Assembly: GCA_965225945.1 (NCBI GenBank)
Contig: CBDDBZ010000037.1
Span: 352,001-416,000 of the forward strand
DNA: 64,000 nt
Direction of reading: 5' to 3'
Origin: Alphaproteobacteria bacterium
Lineage (GTDB): Bacteria; Pseudomonadota; Alphaproteobacteria; GCA-2731375
Of the stretch, positions 31,987 to 43,103 are shown piece by piece. The position numbers and the translations under genes were made by a program. Position 1 is the first letter of the stretch; every line of letters starts with the position of its first letter. Below the pieces are notes generated by a model. The model saw only the letters and a list, made by a program, of their open reading frames with translations, did not search any database and was not told where the DNA came from.

Positions 31987-33163
31987 TCTTCGGCACCCCG
32001 CCGAACGCGCCGGCCAGATAGTTCGCGTAGATGTTGCTCTCCCGCCTGACCCCCCTGATATCCTTCAGGCCGTAGATCGATGTCGCCCCTTCCGACGACT
32101 TTTCCGTGAAATAAATCTCCTCCTTTTCCAGGTACTGCAAAATACTCGGGTTGTGGCAGACCGCGATCAGCTGCGCCCGATGGGGATTGCGGTCCGGATC
32201 GACGAACAGGTCGACGATTTCCGGAACCAGCAGCGAGTGAATTGCATTGTCCAGTTCGTCAATGACCGCAACGCCGCCTCTTTGCATGGCGTAGAAAAGC
32301 GTCGGGAACAGGTTGTAGACCATGTTCGTTCCATGCGATTCAGCCGCACGGGAGATCGGTCTATGAACGCCCCGATGAAAGAAGAGCGGCTCCATGCCCC
32401 TGTTGGTTATGGCGATCTCGACCTTTTCGATTCCAATGTCGAATCTCCGGGAAAACTCCAGAAATCCCTTCCTCAACTCCTCGCTATGAAAGTAGGAATC
32501 GGCCGCGCTCGACGCTGCCGTTTCGCGATTGCCAAAAACATCCTCCACGTTCGTGTACAGGAACGACAGGTTCCGGCAAATTTCGACGCTGACGGAATGG
32601 TTGAACTGCGCTAGTGTGGAGATGACGCTGCTGTTTTTCCTGATTTTCGGGATGGTGGGATCGTTTCCGCGAATGTGATAATCGCCGCCGAACCTGAACT
32701 CCTGACCACGCCGCGAGAACAGCCGCTTCGGACGACCCAGCGGAAAATAGACCAGCTCCTCTTCCAGCACGCGTTCCTGGTCGTGGGAAACGACCAGCCT
32801 GTGGCGAAAGACTTCACGCTTTCCGGAGTTACCGAACTTCCCGTCGAGCTCCACTTCGAACTCGGTCGGTTCCTCGTCCTGGCCCTCTCCGTAGAACTGT
32901 GCCATCGGCAGACGTGCGTTCGCCGGCGCCGCCTGCGAGGACCGCATGAAGTTCGCGAGAAACGCGATGGCGCGCAGGATGTTCGTCTTGCCCGATGCGT
33001 TCGCGCCGAATATCACAGCGAAGGTCGGGAAGCGGTCCTTCGTCCCCGGGACGGGGTGCACGAAGCGCCCGGGGAGGTCCGGGGCGTTGGCCGCGACCGT
33101 CAGATCGAGGGTCTGCCATTCCCGGAACGAGAGGAAGTTTCTTACCCGGAATTGTCGAAGCAT
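31979..33163 (-). CDS. RloA/AbiLi-like AAA_21 ATPase
   Basis: NFLSF, GANASGKT, ESHGT, IDELD, AQLIAVCH. Confidence 0.88.
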   Translation of the reverse strand: MLRQFRVRNFLSFREWQTLDLTVAANAPDLPGRFVHPVPGTKDRFPTFAVIFGANASGKTNILRAIAFLANFMRSSQAAPANARLPMAQFYGEGQDEEPTEFEVELDGKFGNSGKREVFRHRLVVSHDQERVLEEELVYFPLGRPKRLFSRRGQEFRFGGDYHIRGNDPTIPKIRKNSSVISTLAQFNHSVSVEICRNLSFLYTNVEDVFGNRETAASSAADSYFHSEELRKGFLEFSRRFDIGIEKVEIAITNRGMEPLFFHRGVHRPISRAAESHGTNMVYNLFPTLFYAMQRGGVAVIDELDNAIHSLLVPEIVDLFVDPDRNPHRAQLIAVCHNPSILQYLEKEEIYFTEKSSEGATSIYGLKDIRGVRRESNIYANYLAGAFGGVPKIA

Positions 33164-33592
33164 TTGAAGCCCACTTTCCAGCTTTTTCGTCAAAGTAGGT
33201 CCAATATGCTCCTTTCTCTACCCTGTTTCAACCTCGTGCGAGCGCCCACCGCAGCCAGCCCAAACAGCGCCGCCACCGGCCATGAACTGGCACCGCACGT
33301 GACCCGCGGACCGGCGCCGCGGTCTCCTCCCCTCTCCCGCGTTCGCGATCCGGTGCCACTTCATTCGACAGCCGGCCAGTCGTGCCCGACCAGATCCATG
33401 AGCGACGTCCCCTGGAACCGAAGGCATGGCTCACCGGGGAATCGTTCCCGGATCCCCTCGACCAGCTTACGGTCGTTATCGGTGAGGAAGAAGAAGCACG
33501 CCATCGCGGTACCCGTGACGTAGACCGAAACCCACGAGCAGCTTCCGAACGTCTTCGTCCACACCCGAACATCCGGCGCAAAGGGTCTCGCC

Positions 33593-33765
33593 TCGCCGAG
33601 ACGCTGGCATCCTGGCCGACGCTGCCCGCCAGCCGCCTCTACCAGATGGTGCGCGAACGCGGCTAGCTGACAGGCGGTCTTGTCGGGTAGCCGCGAGGAG
33701 CGCATGGCGGTCTGGAGACGGCGGTTGTTGCGCAGCACGATCTGGGCATTCAGCAACTGCTCAAT
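33593..33765. pseudogene. Fused IS21 scraps: about 73 bp of istA (+) and about 100 bp of an istB (-)
   Basis: [22 protein letters not shown] matches the istA near 42404-42476 with 1 mismatch; IEQLLNAQIVLRNNRRLQTAMRSSRLP is IstB-like. Confidence 0.7.
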
Positions 33766-34130
33766 TCCGAGCGCCCCCTTGCCTCGGGCGAGTAGGCCGG
33801 GATCAACTTGATGCCGAGCTGCGCCAGGGCGCGGCCGACCTGGGTCGGGGTGTCCTTGCCCACCTTGCCGCCGGCCTCGGGCGTGTTCCAGCAGTGGCTG
33901 GCGCGGTCGGCGTAGAGCGAGCAGAACAGGCCCTTGGCCCGGATCGCCTCGGACACCCCCTGGAAGCTCGACGTGGTGCCCTCTTCGGCGACGAAGAAGA
34001 CCGAGTAGATATCGCTGGTCGCATCGTCCATGGTGACGATCAGGTCCCACCATCGACCGGGGACCCACTCGTGGATCGAGCCGTCCTGATGCAGCATCAT
34101 GCCGGGCAGGGCACGGCGCGGCCGCTTGCG
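33766..34130 (-). pseudogene. ISNCY/IS481-like DDE transposase internal fragment
   Basis: GMMLHQDGS, MDDATS, LYADRASH, AYSPEARGRSE. Confidence 0.8.
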
Positions 34131-34150
34131 TGTCAAACGGCTTTCAATAT

Positions 34151-35175
34151 GGCTCAATTCGTGAATTGTATGCGTCACCTTGTTACGGCGGCGGCGAGGC
34201 AGGCTCGGTCATTGGCGCCGGGGGCGAGGCCGACGAGGTGGAACCAGCTCAGGTAGTTGTCCAGATAGCGGGTGGCGATGCCGCGGCGGGGACGCAGGAA
34301 GTCCTTCAACCGGCTGTGGCGGCTGTTCACCGTCTGCACATGCAGATCGCCCCGAACCCGTTCCCCCATCGAGCGGTTGAGTGCTTCGTGGCTCACCCCG
34401 AGCGCGGCGGCGCACGGTGGGTAGCTCGCGCCGCCGTCGGAGACCAGCAGGGCGTCCTTCGCGACCACCGGGTCGAGGGCAGCCGTGAGCGCCGCCGCAT
34501 CGACCCTGGGCAGCACCGCGCTGACCGTCGTTCCGCTCCGGTCCGCCGCCATGAGAACCGGTACCTGCTCGCGCGAGAGGCCGCGCTTCTTCGCCTTGCC
34601 GCCCCGCCGCCGTGCCTTGCGCCCCAGCCCGCGCGCGCCCTTCCGGCTCTCCAGGACGTAGGTCTCGTCCGCTTCCACGATCCCCTTGAGCACCTCCGAA
34701 TCGCTCCGCGCCGCCGCCAGAAACCGGTGACGCCAGCGGAACGCCGTGCTCACCGCCACGTCGCAGCGCGCCGCCGAGGCCTTCACCGTCTCCCCCTTCG
34801 CCAGCGACGCCCCGAACGACAGCCAGCGTTCCTTGTGGTGCAAGCCCGACAGCGGCGTACCGCTCAGCGCGTTGAAGGTCCTGCCGCAGCCCTTGCACTG
34901 GTAGCGCCGCAGACCCCGCGCCATACCGCGCGAAACCGCCCCTTCGCTCGCGCAGTGCGGACAGCGCCGGGCCTCGTCCACACCAAGCTCGATCGCGGCC
35001 TTCGATGCCTCGCCCTCGCTCCGGCCCGACAGCACCGCGAGCGCCTCGCGCCGCTGCGCGCGCGTCAGCCCGCGCGCCGCCGAAAGCCACACCTGGAAAC
35101 CCTTGCCGTCCATAACCCAACCTCCTGACGTTCCAGGCACTCTATCACTAATGCATACAATTCGCGAATTGAGCC
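34151..35175 (-). mobile_element. IS1595-family element
   Basis: IRs GGCTCAATTCGTGAATTGTATGC / GCATACAATTCGCGAATTGAGCC; 8-bp duplication TTCAATAT. Confidence 0.93.
34175..35113 (-). CDS. IS1595 transposase
   Basis: CPHC..CKGC zinc ribbon, VEADETY, LVSDG, HVQTVN, RGIATRYL. Confidence 0.92.
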   Translation of the reverse strand: MDGKGFQVWLSAARGLTRAQRREALAVLSGRSEGEASKAAIELGVDEARRCPHCASEGAVSRGMARGLRRYQCKGCGRTFNALSGTPLSGLHHKERWLSFGASLAKGETVKASAARCDVAVSTAFRWRHRFLAAARSDSEVLKGIVEADETYVLESRKGARGLGRKARRRGGKAKKRGLSREQVPVLMAADRSGTTVSAVLPRVDAAALTAALDPVVAKDALLVSDGGASYPPCAAALGVSHEALNRSMGERVRGDLHVQTVNSRHSRLKDFLRPRRGIATRYLDNYLSWFHLVGLAPGANDRACLAAAVTR

Positions 35176-35365
35176 TTCAATATTGACCCCCGATCGGCGT
35201 GCAAAATTGACCCCCCTGAGCGGCACGGCGGAGGTTGTCCCGGTAGTCAATAGGGGGGACCCGCGCGGCTTCGTGTAGCGCCCTGCGCTACGCGGAGCGA
35301 AGCCGCGCGGGGGGTACCTGTTGACCCACCGGGGCAACCGGGCCGCGGGCACGGCCGGCGGCGGC

Positions 35366-36094
35366 TCAGGAGCGGTTCTTGAAGCGCCAGCTCTCGTTGC
35401 CGGTCTCGATGATCTCGCAATGATGGGTGAGACGGTCGAGCAGCGCGGTGGTCATCTTGGGGTCGCCGAAGACGGATGGCCATTCGCCGAAGGCGAGCTT
35501 GGTGGTGATGACGATAGAGGTGCGCTCGTAGAGCCGGCTCATGAGGTGGAAGAGCAGCTGCCCGCCGGCCTGGGCGAAGGGCAGGTAGCCGAGTTCGTCG
35601 AGGATGACGAAGTCGCGGCGTACGAGCTGGTCCGCGGTGCGGCCCTGGCGTCCGGCGCGGAGCTCGGCCTCGAGGTGGTTGACCAGGTCGACGACGTTGT
35701 AGCAGCGGCCCCGGGCGCCCTTGCGGATGCAGGAGCGCGCGATGGCGACGGCGAGATGGGTCTTGCCGGTGCCGGTGCCGCCGACCAGCACGATGTTGCG
35801 CTTGCCCTCCAGGAAGCCGCCGCCGGCGAGCTCCTGGATCAGGGGCTCGTTGACTGGCGAGGCGGCGAAGTCGAAGTCGGCCAGCTCCTTGGCCGTTGGC
35901 AACCTGGCGGACGCCATCTGGTACTTGATCGAGCGCGCCGTCTTGTCGGCGATCTCGACCTGCAGCAGCGTACCGATGATCTGCTGCACCGGATGACGAC
36001 GCTTGAGCCCGTCGGCAAGGATGTCGTCGTAGGCGGCGCGCATGCCCGCGAGCTTCAACGCCGTCATCATCGCCAGCACCTCATGACGCTCCAT
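35366..36094 (-). CDS. istB: IS21 helper ATPase IstB
   Basis: [14 protein letters not shown]. Confidence 0.95.
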   Translation of the reverse strand: MERHEVLAMMTALKLAGMRAAYDDILADGLKRRHPVQQIIGTLLQVEIADKTARSIKYQMASARLPTAKELADFDFAASPVNEPLIQELAGGGFLEGKRNIVLVGGTGTGKTHLAVAIARSCIRKGARGRCYNVVDLVNHLEAELRAGRQGRTADQLVRRDFVILDELGYLPFAQAGGQLLFHLMSRLYERTSIVITTKLAFGEWPSVFGDPKMTTALLDRLTHHCEIIETGNESWRFKNRS

Positions 36095-37595
36095 GACCGG
36101 CCTCCCTCAGGCGATCGTAGCGCTGACAGTCGGCCACCGGCCGGTGGCGAAGCTGCAGGCCCTCGGGCGTCGGGATGGTCGCCGGCGGTGCCGGCTGGCA
36201 CTGCCGGGCGAGGATGTTGAGCACGACGTCGGCGCTGCAGGCGCCGCAGTCGAGCGCCTCGGCACAGGCCGCCTCGACCGCCTCCAGCCCGTCCTCCTGA
36301 ACCGCCGCGAGGATCCTCACGAACTGCCTGTCACCGTCGTCGCAACCCGTCAGCCGGGCCCGTATGCGGCCGAGCGCGCCGGGCAGTTGCCAGCCCTTGA
36401 AGGGCGCGCCGTTCCTCAGCGCACCAGGCTTCCGCGTCAGGATCGGCACGTAGTGCCACGGATCGTAGGCGATCTCGCCGCGCCCGAAGCTCCGGGGATG
36501 CTCGGCGACGGTCTCGCCGTCCTGGCGGATGACGATCCGATCGGCGTAGGCCCGCACGTCGACCGGCCGCCCGACGGCACGGGCGGCGACGCTGTAGTGG
36601 TTGTTGTCGAAGCGCACCAGACAGGTCTTGGACACCGCCACCTCGGTGGCGTGGAAGCCGTCGAAGGGGCCGCGATAGGCCATCAAGAAGGGCCGCTCCT
36701 CCTCGAACACCTGCCACACCGTCTTGCTCTCGATCGTCGGATGCGGCCGCTTCTTGGCGTCCTCGATACACCGATCCATCAGCCACTCGTTGATCTCGAC
36801 GTAGGAGCGGCCCCGCGGGATGGGCACGAACAGGCGGCCGCGGATGTCACCCACCTGCCTCTCGACCTGCCCCTTCTCCCAGCCCGCACCCGGAGTGCAC
36901 GCCACCGGCTCCACCAGATGGTGGGAGCACAGCTCCAGAAAGCGCCGGTTGTAGGCGCGCTCCTTGCCGACGAAGACCATGCTCACCGCCGTCTTCATGT
37001 TGTCGTAGATGCCCCGTCGGCAGACCCCGCCGAAGAAGTGGAAGGCCCGTTCGTGCGCCTCGAACACCATCTCCTGGCTCTCGCGCGGGAAGATCTGAAC
37101 CAGCTGCATGCGGCTGTAGCAGAGCCGCATGTGCGCCGCCTTCACCTTGGTCGTCACACCCGACAGGCGCGCGTACTCGTGGCTCCAGTCGAACTGGTAG
37201 GCCTCGCCGGGATCGAAGCTCAGCGGCACAAAACCCTGCGACGGCGACAACAGCCGCCACCGCCGACGCCAGGTCCTGGCGTAGCGGCGCACCGCGTCGT
37301 AGCCGCCGCCATAGCCCAGAGCCGCAAGGTCTTCATGAATCCGCAGCAGAGACAGCCGATCCCGGCGCGGCTTCTTCTCGTTGGCCTCCAGCTGGCGCTC
37401 GAGCTCATCCACCCACGGTCCAAGCTTCGGCATCGGCTGGATCTTGCGCGCGTAGCTGTACGAGGTCTCATCGCCCCGCACCACCTTGCGCACCGTGTTC
37501 TTCGAAACCCTCAAATCCCGGGCGATCTTCTTGATCGGAACGCCCCTCACCAGATGATCCCGACGGATCCGTGCGATCGTTTCCACTACCAGCAT
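36081..37595 (-). CDS. istA: IS21 transposase IstA
   Basis: [19 protein letters not shown]. Confidence 0.95.
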   Translation of the reverse strand: MLVVETIARIRRDHLVRGVPIKKIARDLRVSKNTVRKVVRGDETSYSYARKIQPMPKLGPWVDELERQLEANEKKPRRDRLSLLRIHEDLAALGYGGGYDAVRRYARTWRRRWRLLSPSQGFVPLSFDPGEAYQFDWSHEYARLSGVTTKVKAAHMRLCYSRMQLVQIFPRESQEMVFEAHERAFHFFGGVCRRGIYDNMKTAVSMVFVGKERAYNRRFLELCSHHLVEPVACTPGAGWEKGQVERQVGDIRGRLFVPIPRGRSYVEINEWLMDRCIEDAKKRPHPTIESKTVWQVFEEERPFLMAYRGPFDGFHATEVAVSKTCLVRFDNNHYSVAARAVGRPVDVRAYADRIVIRQDGETVAEHPRSFGRGEIAYDPWHYVPILTRKPGALRNGAPFKGWQLPGALGRIRARLTGCDDGDRQFVRILAAVQEDGLEAVEAACAEALDCGACSADVVLNILARQCQPAPPATIPTPEGLQLRHRPVADCQRYDRLREAGHGAS

Positions 37596-37711
37596 CTCCC
37601 CCACCTCGTCTGTCCAAACAACGAGGTGTGTTAAAAATCACAAAACCAGGGGGGTCAATTTTGGACGCCGATTACCCCACCAAGGGGGTCAATATTCCAC
37701 GCCGATCAACA

Positions 37712-38028
37712 CACCGGGCGACCAGACGGCCGTAGCGGTCGACATCGCGTTTGAGGCACCGCACCGGCCGGCGGCCGACAAGCGCTGCAAGCGCACGCGT
37801 GGAGGCCTGCCCGCAGCGCCGGTCCTCTCCTTGGGCGGACCGGCACAACTGCCGTCGTTCGGGGGCATCGATCCCGTGGATGCGGATACGGAGCTTGCCG
37901 ATCCGGATGCTGTCCCCGTCGGTAATCGACGGGATGCCCGAGACTTCGTCCGGCGCGGCCACGGCGGCGCCGGCGGCAAGGACGGCCAGGACCGCGGAGA
38001 AAATCGAGACCAGGCACATCTTCTTCAT
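37712..38028 (-). pseudogene. Thermonuclease (SNase) family exported protein, truncated by IS21
   Basis: Signal peptide, DGDS, RIHGIDAPE, DRYGRLVARC. Confidence 0.85.
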
Positions 38029-39482
38029 CGGGGCGTTCCATCGTGGGCGGTGTGGGGCGGTGTCCGAAGGCTTCATCGGCGGCGATCCCGATTCGGCGCC
38101 GTTTGCAGTGTGTTGGGCGAATCATCGATGCCGGGCAACGGACCCGATTGTCAGCCAATGGAGCTTCCGAACAATACCTTGCGGTCGTGTTGCCGGGTGA
38201 GCCTGGCCTCGTAGGCTTCGTGCGTCTCGAAGCGTCCGAAATCTTCGATGGCCGAGGACAGGCTGGCACATTCCTGCAGGTGGCGGGCCACCTGCTCGTC
38301 GTGGATCGTCTGTCTCTGTCCGATCGCAAAGTCGATCATGGCTCTCAGGGCCAGGGTCGCGGCGAGCGGGTGTCTGGCCGCCAGGGCGTCGGCGGCCGGG
38401 ATCAGGATGTGGTCGAAGATGCCTTCGAGGTTTGACGCCTGTTCGATTACCAGCGCGGCGGCCCTGTCCAGGGCCGGCCAATCTATCAGGAAGGACAAGG
38501 CGCCGATCGGGCTCCGGGACTGCTGGACGTAGTCGAGGGCTTTTTCCTCGGCTTCCATGTCGTCGAAATCGGGAAGTTTCCTCAGATACGCCCGGAGATG
38601 GGGCGCCGACAGGGAACGCTCGAAACAGTTCCACCGGAACGCCTGGGCCTCATCGGACTGCCCGAGCGCTTCCAGTGCATCGATCCGGGCGTCCTCGCAC
38701 GCGAATCGGTGCCGGGTCGAATATCCGTCGTCATCGTGTTCGGCCGCATCCACAGCCTTCAGGGCCTCCTCGGCCCGTCCCGCCGCCAGGAGCCTGCGGG
38801 CAATCGCGGCGGCGACCGCGGGCTCCTTCCGGCCGCCTTCGTCAACCTGGTCGATGAAGGCATCGACATCGCCCTGGGCGTCGGCAATATCCTGCAGGGC
38901 CGAGCGGGCGGTCTGGGGCCGCAAGCGCTCCGCCGTCTCGGCTTCGACGTCTGTGCCCCGGTGGCGCCAGTGTATTTTCCGCCGGTGCGCTTCTGGCAGC
39001 TGTACGGTCGGCGTGTTCGAATATTCGGTCATCAGCTGCTTCAGACGCTCCAACCCTTCCTGTCCCAGGGCCGGCGTCAGCGCAGCGACGAGACCGTCGT
39101 ACTGGCTGTGGGCGTTCTGGGTCAGCGCCTCGAAGGCCCGCTCCGCCAGCTTGTGCGGATCGGGGCTGGCTGCGGAGGCAATGGCGCCCGGATCGGAGGC
39201 GCTGAAGGCGCCGGCGATTGTTTCGTCGGTATAGTGGAGGCGGTTCTGGATCGGGTTCGCCAGCCCCATGTACTGCCACATCAGGTCGAGCGCCTGGGCA
39301 GCATCCTCGATGGCGATCCGGTCGACGATGGTCCTGCGGCAGAGTTCCAGGTCGTCCACGAGATCCCGGTGTTAGCGGTGGTTCCAGGGTGCGCTTATAT
39401 GGTGCTCTTTTTGAGCGGTCGGTGGCGGTTGGCTGACGGGATGCTTTTGGGCTTGGCTGATTTTGTTTCGCGCTGTGGCTAT

Positions 39483-40373
39483 TCAGTCGAGGGGCCGGTC
39501 ATCGATCTGGAGCGGTTCGCCGGCGCGGTCGCGCATGAGCATGTCGTTCCAGTCCAGGCCGTCGAGGGCAGGGCGCAGGCGGACGACCCTGCTGTCGTTT
39601 CGGATGAGCCGTGCCGCGGCGTCATCGCCCTGGCGGGTGGCGTCGTAGGCGCAGAAGATCCGGCCGGGGTTCCAGGCCTCGATCCATTCGGGGAGGCTTG
39701 CGGTGGCGCCGCCGGTTGAGACCACGGCGCATCCCTTGCGCCCGGCCGGGACGAGGTGGAGGGAGCGGACCGACAGGGCGTCGATTGCGTTCTTGGCGAG
39801 GATGACGGAGTTCGGCCAGTCGGGTTCCCACGACATCCAGAAGCCGCCGCGCGCGGCGGCGCCGGTCGGCGCGAGGCGGCGTGGCGCCGCGGCAGGGACG
39901 ATCTCGGCGCCGAGAGCCTCGCCGGCCGCGTTTCGGCGGACGAACACGGCGTTGCCGTGGCGGTCGGCGTAGAGCAAGCCGAGGTCGCGGCACAGGGCGA
40001 CGAGCACATCCGCGAGGCCGCGCTGCTCGACGAGGTAGCTCTGGATGGCGGGCCAGTGGCGGTCCGGGCACGGCGGCTTCGGGTGGCGATCGGCCGGGAA
40101 CCGGTCACGGCACGGCAGTTCCGAGAAGAAGCCGAGGGCCTCGGGCACGGTGCACCGGCAGGCATGGATTACCAGGTCGATCGCTCCGCCCCCGCCGCGC
40201 AGATGTTCGTAGAACATAAAGCCGTTGATGCTGACGACGGATCCGGGACGCCTCCAGCGCGCGGCATCGGTGGGATCGCGGCGGTAGCCGAGGCGGCGGA
40301 CGACGTCTTCGAGGGGATAGCCTCGCAGGGCCTCGGCCCGCACCCGCCGGTCCCAGAGGCGGGGACCATCCAT
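39483..40373 (-). CDS. Primase-like protein (DUF3991/Toprim-type), catalytic acids degenerate
   Basis: GGGAIDLV N-terminal motif, YLVEQRGL, NAVF, NAIDALS, STGG, CAYDAT..GD, RLRP...DWND. Confidence 0.75.
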   Translation of the reverse strand: MDGPRLWDRRVRAEALRGYPLEDVVRRLGYRRDPTDAARWRRPGSVVSINGFMFYEHLRGGGGAIDLVIHACRCTVPEALGFFSELPCRDRFPADRHPKPPCPDRHWPAIQSYLVEQRGLADVLVALCRDLGLLYADRHGNAVFVRRNAAGEALGAEIVPAAAPRRLAPTGAAARGGFWMSWEPDWPNSVILAKNAIDALSVRSLHLVPAGRKGCAVVSTGGATASLPEWIEAWNPGRIFCAYDATRQGDDAAARLIRNDSRVVRLRPALDGLDWNDMLMRDRAGEPLQIDDRPLD

Positions 40374-40375
40374 GG

Positions 40376-41164
40376 CTACGCCGGCGGCGGTTCCCCGCGG
40401 TCCTGCGCGCCGGCCTTGCCGGCTCGCCGCCGGCGGCGCTCGGCGCTGCGCTGCTTCTGGCGTTCCTCGGCCTCCTTGCGGCGCCAGGACTCGGCGTCGA
40501 TGGCGATGATCTCGGCGTTGTGGACGAGGCGGTCGACCAGGGCGACGAGGCAGGCGGCGTTGGGGAAGGCCTCACCCCACTCGGCGAAGGGCCGGTTGGT
40601 GGTGATTATGGTGGAGTTCTGCTGGCTGCGGCTGGAGACGATGTTGAACAGCAGATCGGCATGGCGGTTGCTGTAGGACAGGTATCCGACCTCGTCGATC
40701 ACCAGCAGGTGCTGGCGGGCGTAGAAGCGCAGCCTGCGCTGAAGCAGGGTGTCGCTGTCGAGGGCGGCGAGCTCGCCGAGCATGCTGGCCGCGGTGGCGA
40801 AGCGCACGGTGTGGCCCTCGAGGACGGCGCGGTGGGCGATATTGGCGGCGATGGTCGACTTGCCGACGCCGTTTGGGCCGACCAGGACGACGTTGGCGGC
40901 CTCGTTGAGGAACTCGAGGCTCATGAGATCCTCGACGGCCATGCGGTCGCAGCGGCGCGGCCATGCCCAGTCGAAGTCGGCGAGCGGCTTGAACTGTCCG
41001 AGGCGGGCGTCGCCGAGGCGGCGCTTGAGGCTGCGGCTTCGCCGTTCCTCCTCTTCCCAGGCGACCAGCGCAGCGGGCCAGTCATGCCCGGCGACCTCGC
41101 CCCAGTGGGCGGCGAGGCCGTGCAGGCCGAGCGCCCGGGCACGGCCCATGAGGGTATCGTTCAT
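40376..41164 (-). CDS. istB: IS21 helper ATPase IstB
   Basis: [27 protein letters not shown]. Confidence 0.93.
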   Translation of the reverse strand: MNDTLMGRARALGLHGLAAHWGEVAGHDWPAALVAWEEEERRSRSLKRRLGDARLGQFKPLADFDWAWPRRCDRMAVEDLMSLEFLNEAANVVLVGPNGVGKSTIAANIAHRAVLEGHTVRFATAASMLGELAALDSDTLLQRRLRFYARQHLLVIDEVGYLSYSNRHADLLFNIVSSRSQQNSTIITTNRPFAEWGEAFPNAACLVALVDRLVHNAEIIAIDAESWRRKEAEERQKQRSAERRRRRAGKAGAQDRGEPPPA

Positions 41165-42666
41165 TGCTCGCTGTCCTCCTCGGGTTCGCCGGCCAGCCCG
41201 TCGTATCCGACGAGGTCGTGATCGCGGACAGTGATGTCGCGCACTCTCGGATCGCCGGGCAGTTCGACGGGGATGGGCGGGGGTTGGTGCCGCAGCTCGC
41301 GCCGCCGGGTCAGGCTCAGGCGCACGGCGTTGGGATGGGGAACGTCCCGCTTCAGGGCCTCGTCGATGGCCGCCTCGAGCTCGGCGGCGCCGTAGGCGTC
41401 GAGGAGGCGCAACAGGGCGGCGACGGTGGCGCCTATATAGCCGCCGCGCTGGGCGGCCTCGGCGAGCAGGCGCTCGCTGTTGGGCGCGGCCTGGACCAGC
41501 CGGTCCTGGCCGCGAAGGCGGCGGGCATGGCTCTTGCGCCTGACCAGCTCGGCGATGTGCTCGGGGTTCTCGATGCGGGCCGCCTTGTCGAAGCTGCGCG
41601 GATGGCTGGCGATGACGTCCACACCGTCGAGGATGCGCACCTCGTCGAGCGTCGCGACCACGACGAGGGTGCGCCGCACATGGGTGTGCGGCACGCTGTA
41701 ATCGTTGAGATCGAAGCGGGCGTAGGGGGTCTTGCCGATGGCGACCTCGACCCGGTCGTGGTCGGGGAAGGGATCGCCGGGCAGCGCGATGAGAGAGCCG
41801 CGTTCCCGCTCGAAGGCCTCGCGCACGGTGATCGAGCGGTCTTCGGGCCAGGGGCGGTCGGCGGCGATGCCGTGGCACCAGGCCAGGGCCTGGGCGTTGA
41901 GATCGTCGATATCGCGCCACCGGCGGGCGGCGAAGAAGCTGGTCCGGACATAGCGAATCGCCCGCTCCACGCGCCCCTTCTCGTTGCCGCGCGCGACCGC
42001 GACGGGCTTGGGCAGGAAGTGGTAGTGGCCGGCGAGGTCGAGGATCCGGGGATTGAACCGGATGGCGGCGCCGCGGCGCTCCAGCACGACGCTCTTCAGG
42101 TTGTCGTACCAGAGCTCGCGGGGCACGCCCTGCCACGCCTCGAAGGCTTCGACATGGCCGCGCAGGAAGTTGCTCATCCCGGCGTCGAGGTAGAAGCGCA
42201 GGAAGATCCGCCGCGAGTAGCTGAGAACCATCACGAAGCCCATCAGGCGGCGCTCCGCGCGGCCGATCGTCACCTTGCCGAAGTGTCCCCAGTCGACCTG
42301 GGCCTGCTCGCCGGGAAGGGTCTTGAGGCGCAGATAGGCCTCGGCCACGGGCCTGGGCCTGAAGTGGCTGAGCAGATGACGGAAGTGGTCGCCGCCGCCC
42401 GGATAGCCGCGTTCGCGCACCATCTGGTAGAGCCGGCTGGCGGGCAGCGTCGGCCAGGATGCCAGCGTCTCGGCGATGAACGGCACGTATGGATCGATCA
42501 TCGACGGCCTGGGCGACCTCGCGTCCCGGGGCTCGCCGGCCGCGGTGAGGAGGCGCTCGACGGTGTAGCGATGCACGCCGAGCTGGCGTGTGATCGTGCC
42601 GACCGTCCACTTCTCGACGTGATACAGGCGCAGGATCTCCGCGCGGGTCTCCTTGTCGATGGTCAT
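41161..42666 (-). CDS. istA: IS21 transposase IstA
   Basis: [23 protein letters not shown]. Confidence 0.95.
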   Translation of the reverse strand: MTIDKETRAEILRLYHVEKWTVGTITRQLGVHRYTVERLLTAAGEPRDARSPRPSMIDPYVPFIAETLASWPTLPASRLYQMVRERGYPGGGDHFRHLLSHFRPRPVAEAYLRLKTLPGEQAQVDWGHFGKVTIGRAERRLMGFVMVLSYSRRIFLRFYLDAGMSNFLRGHVEAFEAWQGVPRELWYDNLKSVVLERRGAAIRFNPRILDLAGHYHFLPKPVAVARGNEKGRVERAIRYVRTSFFAARRWRDIDDLNAQALAWCHGIAADRPWPEDRSITVREAFERERGSLIALPGDPFPDHDRVEVAIGKTPYARFDLNDYSVPHTHVRRTLVVVATLDEVRILDGVDVIASHPRSFDKAARIENPEHIAELVRRKSHARRLRGQDRLVQAAPNSERLLAEAAQRGGYIGATVAALLRLLDAYGAAELEAAIDEALKRDVPHPNAVRLSLTRRRELRHQPPPIPVELPGDPRVRDITVRDHDLVGYDGLAGEPEEDSEQ

Positions 42667-43103
42667 CTCACCCCCTTTCCCGTCGGGCGCAGCCCCGGAT
42701 AGACCGCCTGCCCGCAGAACCGGCCGCAGCGATCGCAGCGGAAGACCCTGGCGGGCCGCTCGTGCCCGAAGGGCCGTGTTCCGGGACGCCCTGCCGGCGT
42801 CCGCACCACAACAGGACGCCGCCGCGCGGCGGTCAAAGGGTGATGCGTCACTTCCTGCCCGCGGCGCCGATTCACCGGCGTCCGGCGCCGCCGGCGTTCG
42901 CGATAGCGCCGCTGGCGCTCAGCATGCTTGTGACGGCCCCGCCGGCTGTTCTGGTAGCGCTGCCCGGCATGGCGCTGCGATCGCCGGCGCACCCGATCGC
43001 TGCAGCTCCGTGAACAGTAGATGTTGCCGTGGTCGCAGTGCCGGCAGAGAACCACCTGTTGATGGCACGAGGCGCAGTTGAACAGGCGGGCGGTGTTCTT
43101 CAT
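42663..43103 (-). CDS. Cys-rich basic accessory protein, translationally coupled to istA
   Basis: CxxC-x6-CxxC-x6-CxxxC, Arg-rich helix, C-terminal CxxC; ATGA overlap. Confidence 0.75.
   Translation of the reverse strand: MKNTARLFNCASCHQQVVLCRHCDHGNIYCSRSCSDRVRRRSQRHAGQRYQNSRRGRHKHAERQRRYRERRRRRTPVNRRRGQEVTHHPLTAARRRPVVVRTPAGRPGTRPFGHERPARVFRCDRCGRFCGQAVYPGLRPTGKGVR

Larger units (their letters stand above)
34131..37711 (-). mobile_element. IS21-family element with an IS1595 inserted in one terminal IR
   Basis: TGTCAAACGG at 34131 and CCGATCAACA at 37711; flanks do not match (no target duplication). Confidence 0.9.

Noticed and set aside
40376-42610. 744-aa ORF as an IstA-IstB fusion
   Set aside because: The upstream part is an off-frame extension over istA; istB has its own RBS and ATG at 41164
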